Origin: an uncultured Pirellula sp.
Lineage (GTDB): Bacteria; Planctomycetota; Planctomycetia; Pirellulales; Pirellulaceae
Direction: 5' to 3'
DNA length: 64,000 nucleotides
Assembly (NCBI GenBank): GCA_903930765.1
Contig: CAIYZV010000104.1
Coordinates: 539 to 64,538 of the forward strand
The position numbers and the translations under genes are program-made. This document shows, in pieces, positions 29,407-38,880 of the stretch; within the stretch, counting starts at the first letter, position 1; each line of letters opens with the position of its first letter. The notes beneath the pieces were generated by a model. It ran no database searches and was not told where the DNA came from. It saw only the letters and a list, made by a program, of their open reading frames with translations.

Positions 29407-30870
29407 CTAGTGCCCCGCCCCATGATGACCATGGCCGTGAGCCTCACCCAGCAATTCAGCTTCGACGTGGGCGGCATGCTCCGAAGCAGCCATGACACCT
29501 TTCACTTCCGAGATCGCGATCGTTGGAAGGAACTTGCAGAAGAGCAAGTAAAGTGTCATGAACACACCAAAGCTGCCGAAGAACATCAATCCGTCATACA
29601 TCGTCGGGTTGTAGTAACCCCACGAAGCTGGCAAGAAGTCGCGACTCAGGGAGGTCACCGTGATCACAAACCGCTCGAACCACATCCCGATATTGACGAA
29701 GATCGAAACGACCCACATCGCAACGACGTTGGTCCGCATCCACTTGAACCAAAACAACTGCGGCGAAATTACGTTGCAGGTGACCATGATCCAGTAAGCC
29801 CACCAATACGGCCCGAATGCTCGGTTGATAAACGTAAAGCTCTCGTACTGATTTTGACTATACCACGCCATGAAGAATTCTGTGCCGTAAGCTAGACCAA
29901 CCAGCGACCCCGTGGCCAGGATGATCTTGTTCATGTTATCCAAGTGCCGAAGGGTGATGAGATTCTCGAGCTTGTAAATCTTCCGCATCGGAACCAACAA
30001 AGTCACCACCATCGCAAAGCCGGAGAAAATTGCACCCGCAACGAAGTACGGTGGGAAAATCGTCGTGTGCCAGCCTGGAAGCTGCGAAACGGCGAAGTCG
30101 AAACTGACCACCGTGTGCACCGAAAGAACCAGCGGTGCTGCCAATGCTGCCAAAATCGTGTACGCCTTTTCGTAAACCAACCAGTGACGGGACGATCCAG
30201 TCCAACCCAAGCAGAGCAGACTGTAAACCATCCGGCGAAAGGGCGATTTGCTCCGATCGCGGTACGTTGCCAAGTCGGGGATCATCCCCATATACCAGAA
30301 CACCAGCGACGTCGATGCGTAGGTACCGACCGCGAAAACGTCCCACAGCAGCGGGCTACGGAATTGAGGCCACATCCAGAGGTTCAAACTGGGGTAAGGC
30401 AACAACCAAAACGCGAGCCAAGCACGACCGACGTGAATCCCAGGGTATATCCCGGCGCAGATAACCGCGAAAATCGTCATCGCTTCCGCCGCACGGTTGA
30501 TGCTCGTCCGCCAGTTCTGACGGAACAAAAACAAGATCGCAGAAATCAGCGTACCCGCGTGACCAATACCGACCCAGAACACGAAGTTCACGATCGGCCA
30601 CGCCCAGAACACCGGGCTCATGTTACCCCAGATACCAACCCCCTTGTAAATCAAGAAGGCGATCAAGGACAAAAACATCACCGCCGTGAGCGACGAGAAC
30701 CCAAACAGGATCCACCAAATCCTCGGCTGAGGATCCTCGGCCACTCGGCAAACCATCTCGGTCACCGAGGTGTAGGTTTGATTCCCGGTGATCAGTGGTG
30801 CACGACGACCAGGAATGTCGTTCGTGTTGTCGATTTCTCTCGGATTGTAGGAACTAGCTATGGTGGCCAT
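29407..30870 (-). CDS. actC: alternative complex III subunit ActC (NrfD/PsrC-like quinol-interacting membrane subunit)
   Basis: ~10 TM NrfD-like protein following actB; ATG 30870 (track start is GTG 30876); His-rich C-terminus. Confidence 0.9.
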   Translation of the reverse strand: MATIASSYNPREIDNTNDIPGRRAPLITGNQTYTSVTEMVCRVAEDPQPRIWWILFGFSSLTAVMFLSLIAFLIYKGVGIWGNMSPVFWAWPIVNFVFWVGIGHAGTLISAILFLFRQNWRTSINRAAEAMTIFAVICAGIYPGIHVGRAWLAFWLLPYPSLNLWMWPQFRSPLLWDVFAVGTYASTSLVFWYMGMIPDLATYRDRSKSPFRRMVYSLLCLGWTGSSRHWLVYEKAYTILAALAAPLVLSVHTVVSFDFAVSQLPGWHTTIFPPYFVAGAIFSGFAMVVTLLVPMRKIYKLENLITLRHLDNMNKIILATGSLVGLAYGTEFFMAWYSQNQYESFTFINRAFGPYWWAYWIMVTCNVISPQLFWFKWMRTNVVAMWVVSIFVNIGMWFERFVITVTSLSRDFLPASWGYYNPTMYDGLMFFGSFGVFMTLYLLFCKFLPTIAISEVKGVMAASEHAAHVEAELLGEAHGHGHHGAGH

Positions 30871-33800
30871 GGTCACCTGATGAATGCGAGTGGTCTTCGT
30901 GATTGCCCTCTTCCCCCGGTCTCGAAGGATGGAGCTGACTATGGGTTGCGAGCCGCTTTGGAATATTGCGGATTCGCGAGAGATACAACGTTCGTGGCTT
31001 GATGTTCAGTTCTTCGAGAACCGCATAAGCCCTGGAGTCATTGTGCAACTGATACACGCGACTGGTTTTGTCGTTCAAATCGCCGAAAACAATCGCACCC
31101 GTTGGGCACGCTTGCTGGCAAGCCGACTGGATATCGCCGTCGTGAACAAGACCGTCACCCTTGGATCGGCTGTAGATTTTGCCGTTCTGCACACGCTGGA
31201 TGCAGTACGTGCACTTCTCCATAACACCTCGACCTCGCACCGTTACTTCCGGGTTCAAAACCAACGACTGCAACTTCTTCGAAGCCTGCTCGCGTTTGTC
31301 TTGCCAACCGTAGAAATATCCGTACTCGGTGTTGTAATTGAAGTAGTTGAACCGCCGCACTTTGTAGGGGCAGTTGTTCGCGCAGTACCGAGTACCGATG
31401 CAACGGTTGTAAGCCATCGCATTGATACCTTCCTCGGTGTGAACCGTCGCCGCAACAGGGCAAACTTCCTCGCACGGTGCCGTCTCACAATGCGCACACG
31501 CCATCGGTTGCATGACAACTTTGGGATCGACTGGGGTGTGCAAATTCGCCAGCGATGAGTTCGGATCGACGTCCGCTTGGAAGTAGCGATCGATTCGGAG
31601 CCAATGCATCTCACGGCCGCGAATCATCTGCTCCTTACCAACGATCGGAACGTTGTTTTCCGCTTGGCAAGCCACCACGCAGGCGTTGCAACCGACGCAC
31701 TTGTTCAAGTCGATCGCCATGCCCCACTTGTGATTCTCATCCACCTTGGGCTCTTGCCACAGGGAATTGTTCTCAAAATGGTGCTCGACAATAGCTTTGG
31801 TGAAATCTGGCTTTTCTTTGTACTCGTGCAGGGTGCCTTCTCGGATCAACTGAGGAGCCCGCTTTGCGGTTTCCCCCATACCGAGATCATCCATCGCAAA
31901 GTGGTCTTGGCTGGTCGCCAAACGATAAGGCTCTCTGGTCGAAATCGCCGACACACCCGTATAAATTGCCGCTTGATTCCATCGACGGAACGGAGCCAAA
32001 TTCGTGCCGACTGCACCGGCGATCGATGCCCCATACTCCTTGATCCGTCCATAGCCCAGGTTCACGGTAAAGGAACCTTCTGCGTGACCAGGAACCAAGA
32101 ACACAGGAAGCTTGACCCTCGCATCCCCCAATTGCAACGACACCAACTCACCTTGCTTCAGCCCCAATTGGGACGCAGTCGAAGGAGAACAAATCGCCGC
32201 GTTATCCCACGCGAGCTTCGTCACTGGCGCCGGACACTCCTGCAACCAACCATTGTTACCCACACGGCCGTCATAGATCGTATCGCTCGGCAAAATCAAT
32301 ACTTCAAGATTCGCCTTGTCCAACCCTAGCTGTACGCCACTGTCCGGAAGCTCGTAGTTGCGGGTGGTCAGCTTGTCGGCCATCAAAACCTTGACGTCCG
32401 CCTTGATCTCACCCATGTACTGCTTGGCAGTCGTATTCGGCATGTACCCAGCATGCAGCGACTCACGCCAAGTGCGATCATCGAGCTTGCCACCGGCAAT
32501 CGCAGCCGCCGTCTCCTTAACAATGGTCTGCCCGTCCACTACCGGCAACCCGGCGAGCATCGACATCACCTCGATCGCACTCTTTCCACTGAGCAAGGGG
32601 TCGATCGTTGGTTGGCAAATCCCGTAGGTGCCATCGAATCCACGCACATCCCCCCAGGCCTCCAACGGATGCGTCTCGGGAACAACCCACCGAGCGTACT
32701 GCGCGGTCTCATCGTCGTAGTTCGAGAGGTAGACGACATCCCCATTCTTATCACCAATCAGCTTCATCGCGCCCGCGAGATCGACATCCCCCGCGACGGA
32801 GAACACAGGGTTCGGTGCAAAAATCCAGAGCTTATCGAAATCCCCAGCCCGGTTCACAAAATCATCGAGCTTGACCGAGGCAACACCTTGGAGCTCATTC
32901 GGGATCTCATGCAGCAACAGAGTCTTACCGATATTCCCAAGCTTGGCATTGATGCGAAGCGCGGCAACTTGAACATTCAGTGGCTGGTGCGAACCAACGC
33001 TCAGCACCGCCGCCCCCTTGTTCGCCAGCAAATCACTCGCAATCGACTCGACCACACGAGAAACCTTCTCTGCTTCCGTGAGTTTGTCGTAGCTCTTGCC
33101 TTCCTCCTTGTCCTCGACAATCGTCCCCGCATCGATCGCTTCTTCGATTCCTCGAAGCAACGCAGCAATCTGAGACGACTGAACCGCAAGACGGAAATCC
33201 GCCGCTGTGCCGGTCACCGAATACTGCGACTCAGCCACATACAGCCGATTCATCCACGGACCACTAGGAGACCGATGATTTGCGAACTGCCGAGCGTAAT
33301 GAACCGCATTTGGATCAGAGCCAAACAAATCTGAATCCAGCGAAACAATGACTTTGGCTTGATCCAAGTCAAAGCTCATGGTCGTCCCAACGGCGCCGAC
33401 CGCATCGAGAGCCTTGGAAACATTCCCGGTGTAAACCGATTCGTACCGCACGACCGTAGCCGCGGGGTACTTTTTCAGAACGTCCGCCAACACGCGACGT
33501 CGCGACGGACTGCGTGAGGGCTCAACAAGAATCGCCAACCCCTTGCCATCGCCGAGACGCCCGGAGGCCGACCCGAGGTACTGCATAAATGCAGCCCAGC
33601 TGTCATCGCGATCTTCGAGAATATCCGAGTTAGCGATCTTAGGCTTCGCTTCCGCTGCATCGCGCTGCAGCACCAACTCGACTCGGTCTTGGTCATAGAG
33701 CGACAAAATCGAGGCTTGGGTGAAAACATCAGACCCCGCAGAAGCGAGCTTTTTGTTCGCCGCGAACTCCTTGGATTGGCTGTTGGCGTACGCCGGATGC

Positions 33801-34159
33801 TCCGGGTTACCATCGACCTTGACCGGACGCCCGTCCAGGTTTGCCACCAACGCGTGCACCACGCGCCCAGCCCATTCAAAGTTCGTCGCAAAGTGCTCCG
33901 GGATACCGGGTATACGACCTTCTGGCCGCATCACAAAGGCTGCAACCTCTTCGCGATTGTACCGGCAACCCGAAAGCCCGCCGAGCGCGAGAGACGCACC
34001 CATCAACTGCAACCAGCGCCGGCGAGAAACCCCTTCGGGAAACTCCGATGCCGCTTGAGGAAATTCACGACTAAGAAACTGTTCGAACTCTGGTGTTTTC
34101 TGAAGCTCGTCTAGGCTGCGAAAATACCGAGTTCTGTGTTCGGTCCCAGATAGACTCAT
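30854..34159 (-). CDS. actB: alternative complex III subunit ActB (molybdopterin-oxidoreductase-like domain fused to 4Fe-4S ferredoxin domain), Tat signal
   Basis: [17 protein letters not shown] twin-arginine signal; C-terminal [43 protein letters not shown] clusters; ATG 34159 overlaps actA stop (ATGA). Confidence 0.92.
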   Translation of the reverse strand: MSLSGTEHRTRYFRSLDELQKTPEFEQFLSREFPQAASEFPEGVSRRRWLQLMGASLALGGLSGCRYNREEVAAFVMRPEGRIPGIPEHFATNFEWAGRVVHALVANLDGRPVKVDGNPEHPAYANSQSKEFAANKKLASAGSDVFTQASILSLYDQDRVELVLQRDAAEAKPKIANSDILEDRDDSWAAFMQYLGSASGRLGDGKGLAILVEPSRSPSRRRVLADVLKKYPAATVVRYESVYTGNVSKALDAVGAVGTTMSFDLDQAKVIVSLDSDLFGSDPNAVHYARQFANHRSPSGPWMNRLYVAESQYSVTGTAADFRLAVQSSQIAALLRGIEEAIDAGTIVEDKEEGKSYDKLTEAEKVSRVVESIASDLLANKGAAVLSVGSHQPLNVQVAALRINAKLGNIGKTLLLHEIPNELQGVASVKLDDFVNRAGDFDKLWIFAPNPVFSVAGDVDLAGAMKLIGDKNGDVVYLSNYDDETAQYARWVVPETHPLEAWGDVRGFDGTYGICQPTIDPLLSGKSAIEVMSMLAGLPVVDGQTIVKETAAAIAGGKLDDRTWRESLHAGYMPNTTAKQYMGEIKADVKVLMADKLTTRNYELPDSGVQLGLDKANLEVLILPSDTIYDGRVGNNGWLQECPAPVTKLAWDNAAICSPSTASQLGLKQGELVSLQLGDARVKLPVFLVPGHAEGSFTVNLGYGRIKEYGASIAGAVGTNLAPFRRWNQAAIYTGVSAISTREPYRLATSQDHFAMDDLGMGETAKRAPQLIREGTLHEYKEKPDFTKAIVEHHFENNSLWQEPKVDENHKWGMAIDLNKCVGCNACVVACQAENNVPIVGKEQMIRGREMHWLRIDRYFQADVDPNSSLANLHTPVDPKVVMQPMACAHCETAPCEEVCPVAATVHTEEGINAMAYNRCIGTRYCANNCPYKVRRFNYFNYNTEYGYFYGWQDKREQASKKLQSLVLNPEVTVRGRGVMEKCTYCIQRVQNGKIYSRSKGDGLVHDGDIQSACQQACPTGAIVFGDLNDKTSRVYQLHNDSRAYAVLEELNIKPRTLYLSRIRNIPKRLATHSQLHPSRPGEEGNHEDHSHSSGDHGHHS

Positions 34160-34848
34160 CGGTGACAAACCGCGCAATTCGTTTGAGGATTGATATTGTT
34201 CGCTGCTCTCAGCTCTTTGCCGAGCGCCAATTGTTTTTCTTCGCTTCCTGCAGACCAAGCCAAATTGGTCACCTCTTCCACTGGCCGAAGGTGAGGCTCA
34301 GGATTACGGTGGCAGTCCAAACACCAAGCCATCGATTGATTCTTGGCCTGGTACACAATGTCCATTTGATCCACTCGACCGTGGCACGTAACGCAGGATA
34401 CACCGCGGTTCACGTGCGCCGAATGATTGAAATAGACATAGTCGGGCAACCGGTGAATCCGGACCCAGTCGACCGACTCCCCAGTCCGCCAACTCTCCCG
34501 CACAGGCTTCAACTTCGGAGATTCCGAATGGATCGCCGACAACTTTGGAGCCCCAGCCGCCGTCTTTGGACTGTGGCAGTTGATACACGTTTGCGTGGCC
34601 GGAATCTGCGAATGAGCCGATTTGTCGACCGAAACGTGGCAGTACTTGCAATCCATCTTCAATTCCCCAGCATGCAACGCATGGCTGAAAGGAACCGGTT
34701 GGAGTGGTCGGTACCCCGTGTTAAGAGTTTCTGGGCTCGTTACGCCCAAGAACAAAACGCTCGCGTAGGCACCGCCGGCGAGGATCAATACACCCAAAAG
34801 GGCCAAAAATTTATTGGTCCATCTGGGGAATAGGAATCGTTGGGACAT
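34156..34848 (-). CDS. actA: alternative complex III pentahaem cytochrome c subunit ActA
   Basis: Five CxxCH motifs (CKYCH, CINCH, CVTCH, CLDCH, CAVCH), N-terminal TM anchor; ATG 34848 preferred. Confidence 0.9.
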   Translation of the reverse strand: MSQRFLFPRWTNKFLALLGVLILAGGAYASVLFLGVTSPETLNTGYRPLQPVPFSHALHAGELKMDCKYCHVSVDKSAHSQIPATQTCINCHSPKTAAGAPKLSAIHSESPKLKPVRESWRTGESVDWVRIHRLPDYVYFNHSAHVNRGVSCVTCHGRVDQMDIVYQAKNQSMAWCLDCHRNPEPHLRPVEEVTNLAWSAGSEEKQLALGKELRAANNINPQTNCAVCHR

Positions 34849-35138
34849 ATTTGGAAAACGAGTATCGGCGTAAAAATCGATACGGTTGATGCAGGTGCGA
34901 TGGACGGCAACCTTTGCCGCGCCACTAAAAGCGCATCTCCTGACGACCACGAAGTGTACTAACTACCCGTGGTTCGCAAAAGATGGCCACGAAAAACAAT
35001 GCGTTCCGGACGCTGTGGCATCGACGGTTTTCAACGCATTCTGTTGGTTTTCTCGAACATCGCGCCGATTCGCGACAATTCGTCGCATCGCTTTCGCTCA
35101 GTTCGATACCGTTGGTGCTCGCGCCCGTTTTTTAAAGG

Positions 35139-35558
35139 TCAGTGAGCCGATTCATTCGGTGGAATATCGGGGGCGGATAGGAGATGATCTGGTGGAACAG
35201 TCGGCGGATTGACGGGCTTTCCCCCATCCCCGACCGCGTCTTTCATCGCTCGGTAGACCTCACGCCCTTGGGAGTACTTTTTCTTATTGGGGGTTTGCTG
35301 CCTAAGCCATTCATCGATCGCGTCGGGACGTGGAGGATTCTCGGCGCAGAGAGCCGTCAAGCGTTCCAATTGCTTGCGACACCAACCACAACCCGTTCCA
35401 GCCCCTCCGCATTCGTGCAATTGACTGGGGGTTCGAATCCTGTGGACACGAAGGTAGTTGAGAACTTTTCTCCATGAGACATGGAAGCAAAGGCAAAGCT
35501 CATCGTCGGCTTCTATGATGGAATCTCCGATAGGATCCAGGATGTCCGGAGCGGTTCG
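35139..35558 (-). CDS. BFD-like [2Fe-2S]-binding domain protein; start codon unresolved (in frame with upstream activator across one TAG)
   Basis: LCLCFHVS...HECGGAGTGCGWCRKQL = C-x-C ... C-x2-C BFD motif; track ORF (TTG 35420) would remove the first Cys pair; no ATG/GTG/TTG between TAG 35559-35561 and the C-x-C. Confidence 0.55.
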   Translation of the reverse strand, partial: RTAPDILDPIGDSIIEADDELCLCFHVSWRKVLNYLRVHRIRTPSQLHECGGAGTGCGWCRKQLERLTALCAENPPRPDAIDEWLRQQTPNKKKYSQGREVYRAMKDAVGDGGKPVNPPTVPPDHLLSAPDIPPNESAH

Positions 35559-37103
35559 CTACTCGTCTTCATGCTTGTACTTATCGAGTTTACGATAGAG
35601 GGTTCGAGCTCCGATATCGAGTATTTTCGCGGCTTCCTCTCGGTTGCCCGCCGTGAGCTTAAGGGTTTCCTCGATGGCCCATCGCTCGATCGAGTCCATC
35701 GTTTGCCCTACCAATTCGTTGGGACCTTCAGACGCTTTCCCACTGCCGAGCCCATGCGACGCGTTCGCAACCGGCTCGGAAGTGCTCGCCGATTCCATCG
35801 CGCGGGTGGAGAGATTCGCAGCCGAGCTTACGGAAGGATGGTACTCGAGCAACGGCGTGGGATCGGATAGTTCCGGTGGCAAATCATCGATATCGAGTTT
35901 GCCATCGGTGTCGAGGACGACCATGGTCTCTACAAAATTACGCAGTTGCCGAATATTCCCGGGCCAATCGTAAGCATAGAACTTGCGAGTAACCGCCGGT
36001 GAAAAGTTGCACGGCCCTCGATTGTGCCGACGGATAAACTGCTTTCGAAAGTGGTCCATGAGGGGAATGATGTCGTCGCGGCGTTCCCGAAGGGGCGGCA
36101 GATGAACCGTTACGACCTTGATCCGATAGTACAAATCGTTGCGGAAGAGCCCATCGTCGATCAATTTCTCTAGGGGTCTATTGGTGGCCGAGATCAGCCG
36201 CACGTTGATCTTGATCGGCTTATTGTCCCCAACCCGGGTGATTTGATGTTCTTCCAAAACCCGCAGCAGTTTGATCTGCGTGCTCATCGGCATGTCACCG
36301 ACTTCGTCGAGGAACAGCGTCCCACCATCTGCGTACTGGAAGGCTCCTTCGCGATCGGTAACTGCATCGGTGTACGCACCGCGAACGTGTCCGAACAATT
36401 CGCTCTCGACCAAATTCTCTGAGACAGCCCGAACGTTGAGGGCGACCATTCGCTTGGCTTTTCGCGGGCTATTTTGATGGATGGCCCGCGCAATCATCTC
36501 CTTCCCGGTACCGCTTTCGCCGGTGATCAGCACGGTCGCATCCGTCGGCGCAATTCGCTTGAGCCGATCGATCAGGTGCTGCATTTGGGGGCTTGCGAAG
36601 ACAATCCCTTCATAGCCGAATTTTTCATCCAAGCGACGCCGAAGCTCGATATTGGTTTGCTTCAACTGGACCGATTCGACGGCTTTGGCCGCGATTGCCC
36701 GCAATCGGTTCGGTGTGATCGGCTTCTCAAGGAAATTGAAAGCCCCCAACTGCATGGCCTCAACCGCCTTGGTAATCGTTGCATGCCCGGTCACCATCAC
36801 GACTTGGGCTTCAGGCAGCAATTGCTTGGACAACGCCAAGATTTGCATCCCGTCGACATCGTTCATGACCAAATCGGTGATCACGACATCGTAGGTGTTT
36901 TGCTCCAGCATTTTTTTGCCATCGGGCCCGCTGGTGGCGACATGGCATCGGTAGCCAACACGTTCCAAACTCTCGGTCATGGCCCTCGCATGCGCCGGAT
37001 CGTTGTCCACGATCAGAAAGACAAATTCGCGAGGATCCAACTCAGGGGGAAGCCCCGACTCGATGGGAAGTGTGGTTGAGGGATTGGCGTCGTCGATTTG
37101 CAT
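35559..37103 (-). CDS. sigma-54-dependent Fis-family response regulator (NtrC-like)
   Basis: Receiver domain (VVITDLVMNDVDG), AAA+ domain (GESGTGKE, ESELFGH, GTLFLDEV), C-terminal Fis HTH (ILDIGARTLYRKL); GAFTGA loop reads GAYTDA. Confidence 0.9.
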   Translation of the reverse strand: MQIDDANPSTTLPIESGLPPELDPREFVFLIVDNDPAHARAMTESLERVGYRCHVATSGPDGKKMLEQNTYDVVITDLVMNDVDGMQILALSKQLLPEAQVVMVTGHATITKAVEAMQLGAFNFLEKPITPNRLRAIAAKAVESVQLKQTNIELRRRLDEKFGYEGIVFASPQMQHLIDRLKRIAPTDATVLITGESGTGKEMIARAIHQNSPRKAKRMVALNVRAVSENLVESELFGHVRGAYTDAVTDREGAFQYADGGTLFLDEVGDMPMSTQIKLLRVLEEHQITRVGDNKPIKINVRLISATNRPLEKLIDDGLFRNDLYYRIKVVTVHLPPLRERRDDIIPLMDHFRKQFIRRHNRGPCNFSPAVTRKFYAYDWPGNIRQLRNFVETMVVLDTDGKLDIDDLPPELSDPTPLLEYHPSVSSAANLSTRAMESASTSEPVANASHGLGSGKASEGPNELVGQTMDSIERWAIEETLKLTAGNREEAAKILDIGARTLYRKLDKYKHEDE

Positions 37104-37175
37104 GGATTGAAGTATACTCGGAAACCGGATCGGTCAGTGGCCCCTATCCGTCAGGCGCTGCTTGGGTTAAGACTT

Positions 37176-37231
37176 CGTTGGCTAGGGCTCCCTTGGCTAG
37201 GGCTCCCTCGGTTTGGGCTTCCTTGGCAAGG
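37176..37231. repeat. 15-bp tandem repeat CCTTGGCTAGGGCTC, ~3.7 copies (degenerating)
   Basis: Read directly in the divergent region between activator ATG (37103) and aroH ATG (37288). Confidence 0.85.
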
Positions 37232-37287
37232 AATGCGTGACTCCACGATTTTCGACAAAGCTTTGGATTTGAAAAGGACTCTGGGAT

Positions 37288-37731
37288 ATGGCCGCAGGCA
37301 TTTCATGCCGAGGTGTTCGTGGTGCGACGACCGTCGAAGCTAACTCGCGGGATGCGATTCTTAAAGCGACTCGCCAACTGTTGGCCTTGATTATTCGCCG
37401 AAATGGGATCGACCCCAAGGACATCGCAAGCGCGATCTTTACCGTCACCCGGGACCTCGACGCGGAGTTCCCCGCTCTCGCGGCGCGGCAACTCGGATGG
37501 CTCGATGTTCCTTTGCTCTGCGGCTACGAAGTCGAAGTCCCAGGCTCGCTGATGTCCTGCGTTCGCATCCTGCTTCACTGGAACACCGACCGCGACCAAA
37601 AAGAAATCCATCACGTCTACATCCATGACGCCGTATCCCTCCGTCCCGACCTGAGCAAATTGCCGCCGGTCGATTGGAAAGAACTCGAAGGCTGGATCAC
37701 CGAACAAATGGCCAGCCGCGATCCCAAGTAA
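37288..37731 (+). CDS. aroH: chorismate mutase, AroH class
   Basis: N-terminal RGVRGATTV motif and overall AroH pattern; 147 aa. Confidence 0.85.
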   Translation: MAAGISCRGVRGATTVEANSRDAILKATRQLLALIIRRNGIDPKDIASAIFTVTRDLDAEFPALAARQLGWLDVPLLCGYEVEVPGSLMSCVRILLHWNTDRDQKEIHHVYIHDAVSLRPDLSKLPPVDWKELEGWITEQMASRDPK

Positions 37732-37765
37732 TGCAACTTGGTAATGCAACTTGCAGCAATGCACC
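37729..37765. repeat. 13-bp tandem repeat TAATGCAACTTGG, ~2.6 copies, first copy begins with the aroH TAA stop
   Basis: Read directly. Confidence 0.85.
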
Positions 37766-37806
37766 TAAAGTAGCCCACGGAAAAGTATCCCTCGGAACAC
37801 GCATTC

Positions 37807-38706
37807 ATGCAGATACAATGGCTTTTTAACGCGTCGCCAAGCGCTTTGCACGCCGCCGAAGCTTGCTATCGATTCCCCAGTCGGGTCGTTGACCCAACCG
37901 TCAGCCAAGGCATGGGAGAATACGCAGACCGATTGGGACGCTGGATCGATGGCATTGCCGCCTCAGAGTCCGACCGTTTTTGGAAGGAATTAATCGCCAC
38001 GGGAGCCGCCATCGACTCCAATCACGAACTCGCTGCGTTGGTTCTGCGCAAGCGTATCGGCGGCCTGGTCCCCGCAACCAATGTCAATCAACTTTCCGGG
38101 CTGATCACCGATGTTGAAGCCGCATTCAAACTTCTCTTTCCGAAATACCTTGAACAAACCCCGCTCCGACTGCGCCCGTTGCAAGACCATTGGCTCGGCT
38201 TCGGTTCCGGCTTGATGGCTCATATCGGACGAGTGACGGAAAAAGCGTTGATGGTCTCCGAGTGCCGCGCCATCGCCTTGCAACCGATCCTCGGCGGTGA
38301 TGGAGTCTCGCACATTGACCAGAACTTGGTCAGGATCGAAGCGGTACTGACCAACCCCATGGCGGAACTTCCCGAAGTCGTCCGCTTGGCATGGCTCATT
38401 TCCCAATTGCAATTGGATCTACCTCGATTCAGCGACCTCCTCGGACCAGGACTCGCGGGCAAACTCGGTCCAATCGCCATGCTCCCACCCACGCTCGCCG
38501 CGGCGGAGGTTCTCGAGTTAAGCCGTTGCGATGAAGCCACCGTCGAACTCGCCATCGAAAACTGGCAGATCGCTGTCCCCAAAGGAATGGATCCCCATTC
38601 GCAATTGATCCCCACCATGATGGACTGGTGGGAGACCTACCTGCAAACCCGTCCACCTTGGGAGTTGGCTTTGCGTGCCCTTGCCAAGATGCTCAACGTT
38701 TCTTGA
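37807..38706 (+). CDS. hypothetical protein
   Basis: 299-aa ORF with genome-typical composition; no motif recognised. Confidence 0.6.
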   Translation: MQIQWLFNASPSALHAAEACYRFPSRVVDPTVSQGMGEYADRLGRWIDGIAASESDRFWKELIATGAAIDSNHELAALVLRKRIGGLVPATNVNQLSGLITDVEAAFKLLFPKYLEQTPLRLRPLQDHWLGFGSGLMAHIGRVTEKALMVSECRAIALQPILGGDGVSHIDQNLVRIEAVLTNPMAELPEVVRLAWLISQLQLDLPRFSDLLGPGLAGKLGPIAMLPPTLAAAEVLELSRCDEATVELAIENWQIAVPKGMDPHSQLIPTMMDWWETYLQTRPPWELALRALAKMLNVS

Positions 38707-38880
38707 TGGAATGCGCGGGATGCTGCCCCTCGTTGTTGCGATCCGACAAGTTCTCCCGATGCCGGTCCGCCACGTCCGGCAGTCGTGGTGTAGCGACGTC
38801 TTCTACCCATTGCAGTAATGCATCGATTGCTGTCACCGTCATCCCGAGACGCACGGTTACGGACATATTGTCGTCACCGA

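Noticed and set aside
26403-31002. Long plus-strand ORFs (26403..27365, 28425..29495, 29944..31002) antisense to act genes. Similar antisense ORFs occur at 17504..18439, 46024..47487 and 62078..62797.
   Set aside because: They are shadow ORFs opposite well-supported genes. Their translations are Arg/His/Pro-rich and low-complexity, with no motifs.
35428-35450. tRNA-like T-arm sequence GGTTCGAATCCTG, identical over 13 nt to the T-arm of the tRNA-Arg at 20192-20265. I considered a tRNA fragment or att site.
   Set aside because: No acceptor, D or anticodon arms can be folded around it. It lies inside the BFD-like reading frame, where it encodes RIRTP. A 13-nt match to the most conserved tRNA segment is not enough to call an att site.
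37176-37235. Sigma-54 promoter within the TTGGC-containing repeats (TGGCAAGGAATGCG)
   Set aside because: The GG and GC dinucleotides are not 10 nt apart in any copy, so the resemblance is limited to TGGC.
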